This document shows, piece after piece, positions 18,617 to 28,943 of a stretch of DNA of 64,000 bases (position 1 is its first letter; each line of letters starts with the position of its first letter). The position numbers and the translations under genes were made by a program. The notes below the pieces were generated by a model. That model was not told the DNA's origin. It made no database searches and saw nothing but the letters and a program-made list of their open reading frames with translations. Source of the stretch: a bacterium (lineage in GTDB: Bacteria; Patescibacteriota; Minisyncoccia; Minisyncoccales; UBA10102); assembly GCA_030647485.1 (NCBI GenBank), contig JAUSJT010000004.1, positions 173,088-237,087 on the forward strand, read 5' to 3'.

Positions 18617-18752
18617 GGGATTCTGCTTTTCTGGGACGCTTCGGAGGCCGAACGGCCATGGTTTCCGTCGAAAACGGAAGAGTGAGGCCGAGAACCGAGC
18701 ACTCATTTCCACGGAGGGGAAATGAAGTGCGGTCTCCAGAAAGCAGGATCCC
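18617..18752. other. Multibranch palindromic intergenic element
   Basis: GGGATTCTGCTTTTCTGG/CCAGAAAGCAGGATCCC closes three inner hairpins. Confidence 0.7.
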
Positions 18753-18757
18753 GAGCG

Positions 18758-20347
18758 CTAATGGACTTCCTCTTTCTTCTCCTTGAGGAAAGATCTCCAA
18801 TGCTCCAGGAATTCCACGAATATCTGAAATGGAATCTCAATAAGGAAGTTAAGAAACACGACAAGGATATTATACCTTGCAATTTTGCGAGACAGCCATC
18901 TTCCCACCTCAATTAGCGGAAGAGTGAAGAAGTCAAAGACGCTATACAGGAATCCTTGCTTTTGTTCTCCAAAAAGGAGCTCTGCCCCTCTCTGGCGTAT
19001 TCTTGTTCCTCCAAAGGCAATAAGAGAGATGAAGAGCAAAAACACAATGCTAGAAAGCATGCTGAAGTTCAAACCAGTGAGAATTAAAAATAGAAGACCA
19101 AATGAGAGAATGAAACTTGCGAGATACATCGCATAGATAATTGTATTCAAAATCACCCCTCTCTTTTTAGGAGAAGCAAGCTCATGAACATTGCGTTTGT
19201 CTGTTGCGTAGGTAATCCTCATAACCTCCAGCATAACTTTCTGGAAGTTCTCTTCGGAAGAAGTCGTAATGCTGGTCACCAAAAGAAGCATTAAAAGGGG
19301 AGGAACGGCAACGCTAATCCCAATGGCTGTCGTATTGAACTCATGGGTAATATATTTGTCAAAAGGAATCTCGACTGCAAGAGCAATAAGCACCTTTGTA
19401 AGAAACACAGAGAGCGTACCGTAGAATGCAGCCCTATGCATTTTGCCTCGCAATTTTCCAAGGCGAACGGCGTATGCCTCTTTCATTGCCGCTTCTAGTC
19501 GTATGGGGTCTTGGGCAAGTTCAGAAAAGTTTTCAGGATTCTCCGTCATGATGTCCCCAACAAGAAGGTACGGCGTATCGTATCTTTCTACAAGCTGGTA
19601 CAGTTTTTCAGAGAGGGGATGAGAAAGAATCCCGCGAATCTTTTCTTGGAGCACATATGTCTTTTCCGTGATTGCAAGAAGAGTCTCTTGATTCGGGTTC
19701 TTCCATGATGGGTATAATTTTTCAAAGAGATGATACGAAATAGTGGCGTCATCAAGCTTGAATAAGGCACGAGAAATAGCTACGTACACCTGAATGTGTT
19801 TGTCTTGGAGAGAAAGGGCTGTTCCATTTTTCATCACAATATCCTGTTCTATACTCTCGGCCATAAAATCAATCAGGGCGCGCTCTCTCCTGGAGGATAT
19901 GAGCGTTTCTTCGATTTCTGCTGCCGCAATACCAAGGATCCAATCATGAAGCTTTGCGAGAATCCTACTTGAAGCATCCCGAGAAGCACGCTCTAGAAGA
20001 AAGAGATATTTTGAAATGATTTGCTGAATTTCTGAAATTTTACGTTGCGGAATACTGTTATTGGGGAAATGCCCTCCCCGAATAAGCTCTTGGAGAAAGG
20101 GTTCTGCAAAATCCTCTCCAGGGGTTCTCGTGAATACTCGCCGTTTAAGAATCCTTTCAATAGCAGTCTTGCGAAGCAAGTGCTCTTCTCGCCAGTCAAC
20201 AACCCCTCTAATCTTTTCATAAAAAGAGGCGACGCGGGCTGCAACCTCGTCTACCACAATAGTGGTGTCTTCCTGCTTTGGTTCTGCCTCTTGTCTCCAA
20301 AGTCTATGCTGCTCAATAAGATTTTTAACGTTTTTTGATAGTTCCAT
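18758..20347 (-). CDS. Hypothetical membrane protein (529 aa, C-terminal TM segments)
   Basis: Long ORF, FYEKIRGVVDWREEHLLRK N-terminal motif, hydrophobic C-terminal third. Confidence 0.85.
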   Translation of the reverse strand: MELSKNVKNLIEQHRLWRQEAEPKQEDTTIVVDEVAARVASFYEKIRGVVDWREEHLLRKTAIERILKRRVFTRTPGEDFAEPFLQELIRGGHFPNNSIPQRKISEIQQIISKYLFLLERASRDASSRILAKLHDWILGIAAAEIEETLISSRRERALIDFMAESIEQDIVMKNGTALSLQDKHIQVYVAISRALFKLDDATISYHLFEKLYPSWKNPNQETLLAITEKTYVLQEKIRGILSHPLSEKLYQLVERYDTPYLLVGDIMTENPENFSELAQDPIRLEAAMKEAYAVRLGKLRGKMHRAAFYGTLSVFLTKVLIALAVEIPFDKYITHEFNTTAIGISVAVPPLLMLLLVTSITTSSEENFQKVMLEVMRITYATDKRNVHELASPKKRGVILNTIIYAMYLASFILSFGLLFLILTGLNFSMLSSIVFLLFISLIAFGGTRIRQRGAELLFGEQKQGFLYSVFDFFTLPLIEVGRWLSRKIARYNILVVFLNFLIEIPFQIFVEFLEHWRSFLKEKKEEVH

Positions 20348-20348
20348 A

Positions 20349-22100
20349 TTATTGTCTGCGCTGTATTTGTTCTGCTACCATATTAGAAAATGCCTCAAGC
20401 GTGGTCTGTCCAAGATCTCCTTTTTGGCGATCCCTTACGCTTATTGTCCCTTGCTGTTCTTCTTTTTCTCCCACAATCACAAGATAAGGAATCTTCTGAA
20501 TTTGCCCTTCCCTGATTTTTTTCCCAAGAGTTTCATTCTCTTCCCTTACTATTACCCTAAGGTTTCTGTCTTTCTGTAAGAGTTCTTCTCGGATCTTTTT
20601 GGCAAAAGCAAGAAATTTATCCGATATAGGAAGAATCCATACTTGCTCTGGCGCCAGCCACAAGGGAAATGCGCCTGCGTAATGCTCAATGAGTATGGCC
20701 AAGAAACGTTCGGTTGATCCCAGTATGGCTCTATGGATAACCACCGGCCTTGCCTTTTTACCTTCAGAGTTCGTGTATTCTAACTCAAAACGTTCTGGGA
20801 GATTAAAGTCCAGCTGAATAGTAGAAAGTTGCCACTCTCTTCCCAGAACGTCCTTCATCATGAAATCCAGCTTGGGACCGTAGAACGCTGCTTCTCCCAA
20901 GGCTTCTGCCCATTTCATCCCTGTGTTTTGAATCACGGTTCGTAGGGCATTTTCTGCAATATTCCAGTTCTTTGGGAAGCCAATATACTGTTGTCTTTTC
21001 TTTGGATCTCGCAAAGAAATACGAACCCAAAAGTCATGAAACCCAAAATCTTCGTATACCTTCTGAATCATATCTAACATAAGACGAATTTCAGACTCTA
21101 TGTCTTCTGGCGCGCAAAAGACGTGACAATCGTCTTGAGTGAGGGCGCGTACCCTGGTGAGTCCTGAAAGTTCTCCTGATTTCTCATACCTATAGTTCGT
21201 GGTAGTTGCCGTGTATCTCAAGGGAAGATCCCTATATGAATGCAATAATGTTTTGTAAAGCATCATGAAATGCGGACAGTTCATGGGCTTTACATAATAA
21301 TCATCCTCACCCTTCAGCTTCATGGGAGGATACATGGCGTCAAACTTATCTAAGTGCCCAGAGATTTTGTAGAGTTTTCCTTTGGTAATATGGGGAATCC
21401 AAATAGGAACATACCCTCGTTTCTCCTGTTCTTCTATAATATAGTTTTCTACTGTTCGGCGCAGAACAGCTCCTTTAGGGTAAAACAGAGGAAGTCCAGG
21501 GCCAATTTCGTCAATAATCGTAAAAAGCCCCAAGTCTTTCCCTAATTTTCTATGGTCTCTTTTTTGCGCTTCTTCTTCTTGTCGTATGTGTTCTTCAAGC
21601 TCTTTTTTTGTAAGAAACGCAAGACCGTACACACGAGTGAGCATGGGGTTTTTCTCGTCACCCCTCCAATAGGCGCCAGCCACCTTATTCAAGGCAAATC
21701 CTTCAAGAGGAAGCTCTTTTGTATTCTTGACGTGTCCACCTCGACACAGATCCAAAAAAGCATTACCCGTGTATACCATACCTACCTTCTGGGTCTTGAG
21801 ATCTTTAATGAGCTCAACCTTATATGGCTGTTTCTCTTTCTTAAAATGAGCTGCTGCTTTGCTTGAAGGCCAGAGTTCTTTTTTAAAAGGGAGGTCCTGA
21901 CTCGCAATTGCTCTCATTTCTTTTTCAATGCGAGGAAGCTCCTCATCGGTAATCTGAAGATTCCCGAAATCGTAATAGAACCCGTTTTCAATAACAGGCC
22001 CTATGCCAAGCTGCGCCTTGGGGTAGCATTTCTGAACGCTGGCAGCTAGAAGATGGGCAAACGAATGCCGTATATTCTCAATTTCTGTGGTTTTCTGCAT
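20349..22100 (-). CDS. thrS: Threonine--tRNA ligase
   Basis: RHSFAH, DLCRGGH, KPMNCP, GEAAFYGPK. Confidence 0.97.
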   Translation of the reverse strand: MQKTTEIENIRHSFAHLLAASVQKCYPKAQLGIGPVIENGFYYDFGNLQITDEELPRIEKEMRAIASQDLPFKKELWPSSKAAAHFKKEKQPYKVELIKDLKTQKVGMVYTGNAFLDLCRGGHVKNTKELPLEGFALNKVAGAYWRGDEKNPMLTRVYGLAFLTKKELEEHIRQEEEAQKRDHRKLGKDLGLFTIIDEIGPGLPLFYPKGAVLRRTVENYIIEEQEKRGYVPIWIPHITKGKLYKISGHLDKFDAMYPPMKLKGEDDYYVKPMNCPHFMMLYKTLLHSYRDLPLRYTATTTNYRYEKSGELSGLTRVRALTQDDCHVFCAPEDIESEIRLMLDMIQKVYEDFGFHDFWVRISLRDPKKRQQYIGFPKNWNIAENALRTVIQNTGMKWAEALGEAAFYGPKLDFMMKDVLGREWQLSTIQLDFNLPERFELEYTNSEGKKARPVVIHRAILGSTERFLAILIEHYAGAFPLWLAPEQVWILPISDKFLAFAKKIREELLQKDRNLRVIVREENETLGKKIREGQIQKIPYLVIVGEKEEQQGTISVRDRQKGDLGQTTLEAFSNMVAEQIQRRQ

Positions 22101-22121
22101 TTATAGAGTATAGCACAGAAT

Positions 22122-25100
22122 CTATCGCTCTAAAAGCTCTTCAACCTCTTCTGCAATGAGTTTTTGGTCTCCGTTCCGGCTATCCAACCTGCCGGTGATA
22201 AAGACGATTTTATTCTCCTGAAACATGGTGGGGTTTTTCTCCAATATTGAAGGAAACACTACCACCTCTATTTTGTCTGTCATATCCTCAACGCCCAAAA
22301 ACAGCATGGGTTTGCCTACCTTGGTGATGATCTTTTTCAAGGAAGAAATAATGCCCCCTATTTTAATCTTCCTTTCTTTCACAAAAAAGGGAGTTTCCGC
22401 CTCTTTTTTGATATGCGCGATAGAGAATGCCTTTTTAGCCAGAATGTTCTTTACCCCCTCCAAAGGATGCGAGCTCACATACAATCCCAGAAGCTCTTTT
22501 TCCCATACTAAGCGCTCATGCGGCGTTGCAGACTCGCTCTCTTGTAAAGACAAGCTGTGGTTAGAAGATGCGGTTCCAAATAAGGACTTCTGCGCTCCAT
22601 TCTGAACCTTGAGGTTTTCCCGTGCAACTTCAAGAAGCCGGTCCATATTAAAGAGTAATTGATTGCGCTCTCCGAAGTGATCAAACACCCCTGCCTTTAC
22701 CAGGCTTTCCAAGGATTTCTTGTTTAAATCTTTGGTATGCACCCTGTTGATAAAATCCTGAATGGAAAGATACGGCCCTTGGGCTTTTCGTTCTTTAATA
22801 ATTGCCTCCACAATGCCTTCTCCCACGTTTTTAATAGCCAAAAGCCCAAAGCGGATCTGGTTTTTTGCTGGCACCACAGAGAAATTACTGAAACTTTCGT
22901 TCAATTCCGGAGGAAGCACCTCAATTCCCATTTTTCGCGTTTCCTCTATAAGAAAGGCGATGCGTTCAATGTCGTTCTTTTCTGCGGTGAGTAAAGCAGA
23001 CATGAATTCAACAGGGTAGTATACCTTTAACCATGCAGTCTGGTAGGCAATGAGGGCGTAGGCTGCGCTATGCGACTTATTAAATCCGTAGCGCGCAAAT
23101 GGTTCAATAAAATGGAAGACGGCTTCCGCTATCTTTTTGTCTATGCCGTTCTCCACGGTTTTCCTGATAAATTTCTCTTTCTGTTCCTGCAGAAGCTCTT
23201 TTATTTTCTTTCCAATAGCTTTGCGTAGAACGTCTGCTTCTCCGTACGTAAAACCTGCAAGGTCTCTTGCAATCTGGAGTACCTGTTCTTGGTATACCGC
23301 AATGCCATAGGTGTTCTTGAGTATGGGCTGGAGCTTTGGATGCAGATACGTGATTCTCTTTCTTCCGTGTTTTCTGTTGATGAAGTCTGGAATAAGCTCC
23401 ATAGGGCCAGGCCTATACAAAGCAATCATGGCAATGATGTCTTCAAACTCGGTTGGCTTGAGTTCTTTCAAGTATCGCTGCATACCTGGACTTTCAACCT
23501 GAAAAATACCTACTGTATTTGCATCCTGAAATAGTTTGTATACTTTTTCGTCATCCACAGGAAGATTATCCATATCAACATTCTTTCCGTAGATAGCGTA
23601 AATGCGCTTTAAGGTTTCTTCAATAATAGAAAGGTTCTTTAACCCAAGAAAGTCCATTTTCAAAAGACCCAAGTCCTCAATACTATGCATCTCATATTGC
23701 GTGACGATATGGGTATCGTTTTGGGTAGGATGTTGCACGGGAGCAATGTTCTCTAGGGGTTCAGCAGAGATCACTACTCCGCAGGCATGCGTAGAGGCAT
23801 GACGCGCTACGCCCTCTAGTTTTTGAGCAAGGTCAATAAGCTTCTTTGCTCTTTCGTCTGTATCGTACAGTTCTTTAAACTCAATAACATCTCTTAAAGT
23901 ATCTCCCAGGGTAAGACCAAAGGGGATTAATTTTGCAATTCTGTCGCAGTACAGATATTCATACCCTAATGCGCGCCCCACATCCCGCACGGCAGCACGA
24001 GCTGCCATAGTTCCGAATGTGATTATTTGTGCTACCTTGTCATGCCCGTATTTCTCTCCCACATAGGTAATAACCTCATCTCTCCTGTAATCGGCAAAGT
24101 CCAGGTCAATGTCTGGCATGGAAATACGCTCTGGGTTGAGGAATCGCTCAAAGAGAAGGTTATACTGCAACGGGTTTATATTCGTAATATTCAAAAGATA
24201 TGCAACCAAAGACCCTCCCACTGATCCTCTTCCTGGTCCTACAACAATGCGGTGTTCTTTTGCCCAGTTCACAAAATCTTGGACGATAAGAAAGTACGAG
24301 GCAAATCCGGTTTGTTTGATAACTCCCAGTTCATACTCAAGACGTTCTGGCGCTTCAGAATATTTCGCAAGCTCCGGTCTTCTGCTAAATCCTGCAAGGC
24401 ATAATTCTTTTACATATTCGTCAGCAGTCTTTCCTGGAGGCAAGGGAAACGAAGGTAGCTTTGTCTTGCCTAGTTCCAGCACAAGGTTGCACGCATCAGC
24501 TATTCTTTGAGTGTTTGCTATGGCCTCTGGAATATCTTTAAAAATCTCCTCCATTTCTGCGGGGTTTTTTAAAGAGAAGTCGTCTTGCAAGAGCGTAAGA
24601 CGCTCTGGGTCGTCTGGCCGAGCTCCTGTGTTGATAAGCATTAAAATGTCTTGCGCTTTTGCGTCTTCCTGCTTTAAGTAGTGGGAATCTCCTGTCGCCA
24701 CTAAGGGGATGGATAATTTCTTGGAAAGTTCAATCAGCCCTTTATTGACTATGCCTTGCTCTGGGATATTGGGATGATGCTGAAGTTCAAGAAAGAAGTT
24801 TCCTGGACCGAATATCTCTTGATATGTTCTTGCTCTTTCTTCTGCTTCTTTTGTCTTCTTTGCAAGTAAGAGACGTGGAATTCTTCCCGTTAAACATCCT
24901 GACAGAGCAATTAAACCCGCAGAGTGTTTTTTTAACAACTCCTCGTCAACCCTGGGTTTGTAATAAAAACCTTCCAGGTGAGCCCTGGTAAGAAGCTTCA
25001 CGAGGTTTCGATACCCCTCCTCATTCTTCACAAGCACGGTAAGATGGTATATGGCGTCATCTATGCCGGGTCGCTCTTGATGCATATTCTCAAAAGCAAG

Positions 25101-25307
25101 GTAGAGTTCAGCCCCTAGAATTGGTTTTATTCCGCGATCCTTTGCCTTTTTGTAGAATTCTATGGCTCCGTACATGTTTCCATGATCGGTGAGCGCAATA
25201 GAATCCATGCCGAGTTCCTTGACTCGGTCTAGGAGTTGGTCAATCTTAGGAAGACCGTCTAGCAAGGAATATTGAGAGTGAAGGTGAAGATGAGTAAACT
25301 TAGACAT
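22122..25307 (-). CDS. dnaE: DNA polymerase III alpha subunit
   Basis: PHP motif HLHLHSQYSLLDG, GPGRGS, MPDIDLDF, YGFNKSH; start at MSKFTH. Confidence 0.97.
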   Translation of the reverse strand: MSKFTHLHLHSQYSLLDGLPKIDQLLDRVKELGMDSIALTDHGNMYGAIEFYKKAKDRGIKPILGAELYLAFENMHQERPGIDDAIYHLTVLVKNEEGYRNLVKLLTRAHLEGFYYKPRVDEELLKKHSAGLIALSGCLTGRIPRLLLAKKTKEAEERARTYQEIFGPGNFFLELQHHPNIPEQGIVNKGLIELSKKLSIPLVATGDSHYLKQEDAKAQDILMLINTGARPDDPERLTLLQDDFSLKNPAEMEEIFKDIPEAIANTQRIADACNLVLELGKTKLPSFPLPPGKTADEYVKELCLAGFSRRPELAKYSEAPERLEYELGVIKQTGFASYFLIVQDFVNWAKEHRIVVGPGRGSVGGSLVAYLLNITNINPLQYNLLFERFLNPERISMPDIDLDFADYRRDEVITYVGEKYGHDKVAQIITFGTMAARAAVRDVGRALGYEYLYCDRIAKLIPFGLTLGDTLRDVIEFKELYDTDERAKKLIDLAQKLEGVARHASTHACGVVISAEPLENIAPVQHPTQNDTHIVTQYEMHSIEDLGLLKMDFLGLKNLSIIEETLKRIYAIYGKNVDMDNLPVDDEKVYKLFQDANTVGIFQVESPGMQRYLKELKPTEFEDIIAMIALYRPGPMELIPDFINRKHGRKRITYLHPKLQPILKNTYGIAVYQEQVLQIARDLAGFTYGEADVLRKAIGKKIKELLQEQKEKFIRKTVENGIDKKIAEAVFHFIEPFARYGFNKSHSAAYALIAYQTAWLKVYYPVEFMSALLTAEKNDIERIAFLIEETRKMGIEVLPPELNESFSNFSVVPAKNQIRFGLLAIKNVGEGIVEAIIKERKAQGPYLSIQDFINRVHTKDLNKKSLESLVKAGVFDHFGERNQLLFNMDRLLEVARENLKVQNGAQKSLFGTASSNHSLSLQESESATPHERLVWEKELLGLYVSSHPLEGVKNILAKKAFSIAHIKKEAETPFFVKERKIKIGGIISSLKKIITKVGKPMLFLGVEDMTDKIEVVVFPSILEKNPTMFQENKIVFITGRLDSRNGDQKLIAEEVEELLER

Positions 25308-25329
25308 TACAACATTGTATAATAACATA

Positions 25330-26049
25330 ATGCAATATCCAAACCTTAAGGAAGAAAAAAGACTTTGGAAAAAGGGATACCTGTTTGTGGCCTGTATTGA
25401 CGAAGCTGGCAGGGGACCTCTGGCAGGACCCGTGGTTGCAGCCGCCGTAGTTATTCTCCCAAAATCAGGCAAACTTAATTTCATTAAGAAAACAAGTAAA
25501 AACTTAATAAAATTAAGTTTTACAGGTCTTAGGGATTCAAAGAAGCTTTCTCCCAAAAGAAGAGAGGAGATTTATAGAATTATTATGAAACATCCTGCAA
25601 TACAATGGGGGATAGGAATGGTTTCTGAAAAGGTTATAGACCGGATCAATATCTACCAAGCAACAAAACTTGCAATGGAGAGAGCGCTTCGTCAATTGCA
25701 GGCAAAACTATCAAAAGCTACATATATAACAAAATCTTGCTATAGCAAGGAAAGATTATATATTGATTATTTAATTCTCGACGGGAATATGACACTTGAT
25801 GTTTCAATTCCCCAAAAAGCGATTGTGAAAGGGGATGAGAAAGTGTTCTCATGCGCTCTGGCTTCTATTATAGCCAAGGTAACAAGAGACAGGATGATGG
25901 TGCGCTATCACAAGAAATATCCACAGTATGGTTTTGATAGGCACAAGGGATATGGAACCGCTTTCCATATGGCGATGATTAAAAAGTACGGCCCCTGCTC
26001 GATTCACCGAATGAGCTTCAATCCTCTTGCAGAGCTTTTGAAAGCGTGA
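25330..26049 (+). CDS. rnhB: Ribonuclease HII
   Basis: IDEAGRGPLAGPV, DSKKL, ASIIAKV, KGYGT; two palindromic stretches. Confidence 0.96.
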   Translation: MQYPNLKEEKRLWKKGYLFVACIDEAGRGPLAGPVVAAAVVILPKSGKLNFIKKTSKNLIKLSFTGLRDSKKLSPKRREEIYRIIMKHPAIQWGIGMVSEKVIDRINIYQATKLAMERALRQLQAKLSKATYITKSCYSKERLYIDYLILDGNMTLDVSIPQKAIVKGDEKVFSCALASIIAKVTRDRMMVRYHKKYPQYGFDRHKGYGTAFHMAMIKKYGPCSIHRMSFNPLAELLKA

Positions 26050-26064
26050 TAGACTCACAATATT

Positions 26065-26307
26065 ATGGGAGTTCCAAAATGGCATCGTTCTAAATCCAGG
26101 CAGGGGCAGAGGAGAATGCATATCTTTCTCAAGGCCCCTAAACTTCAAACCTGCCCAAAGTGCGCAAAGGCGCTTTTGCCGCACATCACATGCCCCAACT
26201 GCGGGTACTACAAGGGCGTGCAGGTGAAAGACGTGCTCGCCAAGCTTACAAAGAAAGAACGCAAAGTCAAAGAGAAAGAGCTGAAGTCAAAGGAACATGG
26301 CAAGTAG
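26065..26307 (+). CDS. rpmF: 50S ribosomal protein L32
   Basis: [23 protein letters not shown]. Confidence 0.96.
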   Translation: MGVPKWHRSKSRQGQRRMHIFLKAPKLQTCPKCAKALLPHITCPNCGYYKGVQVKDVLAKLTKKERKVKEKELKSKEHGK

Positions 26308-26740
26308 GCATTTGGCAAGATCCATTGCAATGCAGTCTTTGTATGAGTGGGACTTTGCTGGAAAGAAAGAGGACTTAAAAGAACTCGTAGAGCGCAATAT
26401 CCAGGAGTTTGGCCCTGGGCTAGAAGACGTTAATAAGGACTTTATCAGAACGCTGGCCTCTGGAGTAAAAGAACATATGCCAGACTTAAACCAGATTATT
26501 GAAAAGGCGGCCCCAGAATGGCCTCTAGAGCAGATTACCATTGTGGACCGCAATGTGCTGCGCTTGGGACTCTTTGAACTCTTGTACGGAAACAAAGACG
26601 AAGTTCCCCCAAAGGTAGCCATTAATGAAGCCATTGAACTTGCAAAGAACTTTTCTGGGGAGTCTTCGGGAAAGTTTGTGAATGGGGTTCTGGGAACCGT
26701 GTACCGAGAATTAGAAAGTGGTTCGACAAGCTCACCATGA
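26297..26740 (+). CDS. nusB: Antitermination factor NusB
   Basis: [29 protein letters not shown]. Confidence 0.96.
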   Translation: MASRHLARSIAMQSLYEWDFAGKKEDLKELVERNIQEFGPGLEDVNKDFIRTLASGVKEHMPDLNQIIEKAAPEWPLEQITIVDRNVLRLGLFELLYGNKDEVPPKVAINEAIELAKNFSGESSGKFVNGVLGTVYRELESGSTSSP

Positions 26741-27438
26741 GCACCATGAAAGATTTTTCTCCTCTAGAGCTAAGCCTGAACGTTTCTTTCAAGGACAAGA
26801 ATTTCCTTGTGCAGGCGTTCATTCACCGCTCGTACTTGAATGAAAACCCGAATTCCGGCCTTCAGCATAATGAACGATTGGAATTCTTGGGAGATGCGGT
26901 GTTAGAGCTCGTAGTGACAGAGAACCTGTACCAGAATTATCCTGACAAACCAGAGGGGGAACTCACTACTTGGCGGGCAGCGCTCGTGAATGCAAAAATA
27001 CTGTCTGAAATTGCAAGATCCTTAAAGTTCAACGACTTTCTACTATTGTCTCGGGGAGAAGGCCAAGAAGAGGGGAAAGCGCGAGATTACATTCTTGCTA
27101 ACACCATGGAATCTTTTATTGGAGCCTTGTACCTTGACCAGGGGCTGAAAGTATGCGAAAAGTTTATCACAGAGCATATTCTTTCAAGACTCCCCGCCAT
27201 ACTTGCAGACAAACTCTTTGAAGACGCAAAATCCAGATTCCAGGAACTAGCCCAAGAAAAGGTGGGGATAACCCCTACGTACCAGGTTATTGAAGAGTGG
27301 GGTCCTGACCACGAAAAGAACTTTAAGGTGGGGGTGGTCATTGGAAGTGAAGTAATTGCACAAGGAAGAGGTACATCCAAGCAGGAAGCAGAACAAGACG
27401 CAGCTTCCCAGGCATTAAAAAAGAAGGGTTGGAACTGA
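26737..27438 (+). CDS. rnc: Ribonuclease III
   Basis: [13 protein letters not shown] plus dsRBD. Confidence 0.97.
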   Translation: MSTMKDFSPLELSLNVSFKDKNFLVQAFIHRSYLNENPNSGLQHNERLEFLGDAVLELVVTENLYQNYPDKPEGELTTWRAALVNAKILSEIARSLKFNDFLLLSRGEGQEEGKARDYILANTMESFIGALYLDQGLKVCEKFITEHILSRLPAILADKLFEDAKSRFQELAQEKVGITPTYQVIEEWGPDHEKNFKVGVVIGSEVIAQGRGTSKQEAEQDAASQALKKKGWN

Positions 27439-27450
27439 AACGATACACAT

Positions 27451-27951
27451 ATGTTAATGATAAGATTCATGCGAATAGGGAGGAAGAATCAGCCGTCTTT
27501 TAAGATTGTGGTGACCGAAAAGACGAAATCTTCCACAGGAGGACGCTTTGTGGAAGATGTTGGTTTTTACAACCCCATCACAAAAGAGAAAGTCCTGAAA
27601 CCAGAGAGGTTAAAGTACTGGATATCACAAGGAGCACAGCCGACTCCCACCGTTTCTAATTTGTTAATATCAGAGAAGGTGATAGAAGGAGAAAAAATCC
27701 CAAAGCACAAAAAATCCAAGAAGCCCGCAGAAACTCCTGCAGCTCAATCTACAGCAGTCCCAGCTCAAATCCCAACTCCCCAGCCTTCGCCATCCGCCTC
27801 CGCTGAAGCTACGGCGAACAAGGAGGCTACGGCGAGCGTAGCAGAACAGCTCATCGAGTCTGAAGGCTCTTCAGAACCTGAACGGCCAAAAGTTGAAGAG
27901 CCAAAGCCCGCAGAACAACCGCCTCAAGTATCTCCAGAAGAGGGCAAGTAG
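27451..27951 (+). CDS. rpsP: 30S ribosomal protein S16 with low-complexity, repeat-derived tail
   Basis: IRFMRIGRKNQP, VGFYNP, GAQPT. Confidence 0.95.
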   Translation: MLMIRFMRIGRKNQPSFKIVVTEKTKSSTGGRFVEDVGFYNPITKEKVLKPERLKYWISQGAQPTPTVSNLLISEKVIEGEKIPKHKKSKKPAETPAAQSTAVPAQIPTPQPSPSASAEATANKEATASVAEQLIESEGSSEPERPKVEEPKPAEQPPQVSPEEGK

Positions 27952-28034
27952 CCCTCTTCTGTTTATACACAAAAGTCTTGACATAAAGAAGAGGTTTGTT
28001 AGAATGACTTAATTTATTTTATGGAGGTAGTTCC

Positions 28035-28253
28035 TTGAGAGACGATTCAAACACCACAGAAAACCTACAATGTACTAATTGCGGAATGAGATCCCCAGGA
28101 ATACTAAACGGTAACACATGCCTTAGCTGTGGGAAAACAGGGACATTTAAGACCATACTGCCACAGCTGGTTCTTCCAAATAGGGGAAGATTATATCCTA
28201 ACCGTGGCGGTGAACCATCTGGCAGGCGCAGGCGCGGATACCATAGCTGGTGA
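28035..28253 (+). CDS. Small orphan zinc-ribbon protein
   Basis: CTNC..CLSC, Arg-rich tail; TTGACA at 27978, GGAGG SD, TTG start, terminator near 28272-28322. Confidence 0.6.
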   Translation: MRDDSNTTENLQCTNCGMRSPGILNGNTCLSCGKTGTFKTILPQLVLPNRGRLYPNRGGEPSGRRRRGYHSW

Positions 28254-28333
28254 TGTGGTTAAGGCCCAATGCCCCGAGAAAGAATGGCGATTATAAGCGT
28301 TATCTTTCTCGGGGTATTTTTTACAAGTGGGCC

Positions 28334-28362
28334 TTGACATTTGCAGGGTTATATGCTATACT
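28334..28362 (+). promoter_or_regulatory. Near-consensus sigma70 promoter
   Basis: TTGACA-17 nt-TATACT with extended -10 TG. Confidence 0.8.
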
Positions 28363-28368
28363 CTACCT

Positions 28369-28685
28369 ATAGGATGAAATATGGCTTCGCTGGCGAAGAG
28401 AGAGCGCTAGCGAAATAACAATTTAGAAGTTTGAACGGCAAGCGGCTCTCCCTGCCCCGTAGCATCTCGCAAGAGATTGGTACGGGGTCAAAAGAGTCGC
28501 TTGTTCGTTGTAAAGAACCTGCACACTTGAGTTCATAATCCTAGATTAGGGATTCAAGTGTGGGGAAGCACATTGGCAAATCTTGTCGTGGTAGCAGATT
28601 GGGTATAAAATTGTATCTAATCTGCTGCTACGATGTACGTAGTAGTCCTTTCAAGCCACAAGCGCCCAGTGGAAACTGGGTAGGA
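28369..28685 (+). ncRNA. Candidate large structured RNA or leader (five hairpins)
   Basis: Hairpins 28386-28414, 28434-28509 (GCAA loop), 28518-28565, 28586-28633, 28665-28680 (GGAA loop); G.U pairs on the + strand. Confidence 0.65.
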
Positions 28686-28699
28686 GAAGGAGTATTATC

Positions 28700-28909
28700 A
28701 TGCGTCAGGTTCTTGGTCTGAGAGCTCTTCGGCGGATCACTGGGGAAACGTATTTTACGCCAGAGAGGTTTAATCGCCTCAATCAGATTGCGGAAGTCGC
28801 AATCGGGGTGAGGCCCGATCTGGCTTCACGTGGTTCGTGGAACTGGGATAGACCCACTTCCACGCTTACCGTGCTAACGAGGCACGGCATGATGGAAAGA
28901 AGTTTTTAG
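28700..28909 (+). CDS. Small orphan protein (69 aa)
   Basis: AAGGAG SD before ATG, downstream of the structured region. Confidence 0.6.
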   Translation: MRQVLGLRALRRITGETYFTPERFNRLNQIAEVAIGVRPDLASRGSWNWDRPTSTLTVLTRHGMMERSF

Positions 28910-28943
28910 TAGCTCTTTGGAGAAAGGGAAGCTGAACTCGCGA

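Noticed and set aside
25308..25556. N-terminal extensions in the ORF track (dnaE; likewise miaA, thyA, mraZ, GH130)
   Set aside because: They overlap neighbouring genes, tRNAs or repeats; conserved N-termini and -10 boxes indicate downstream starts.
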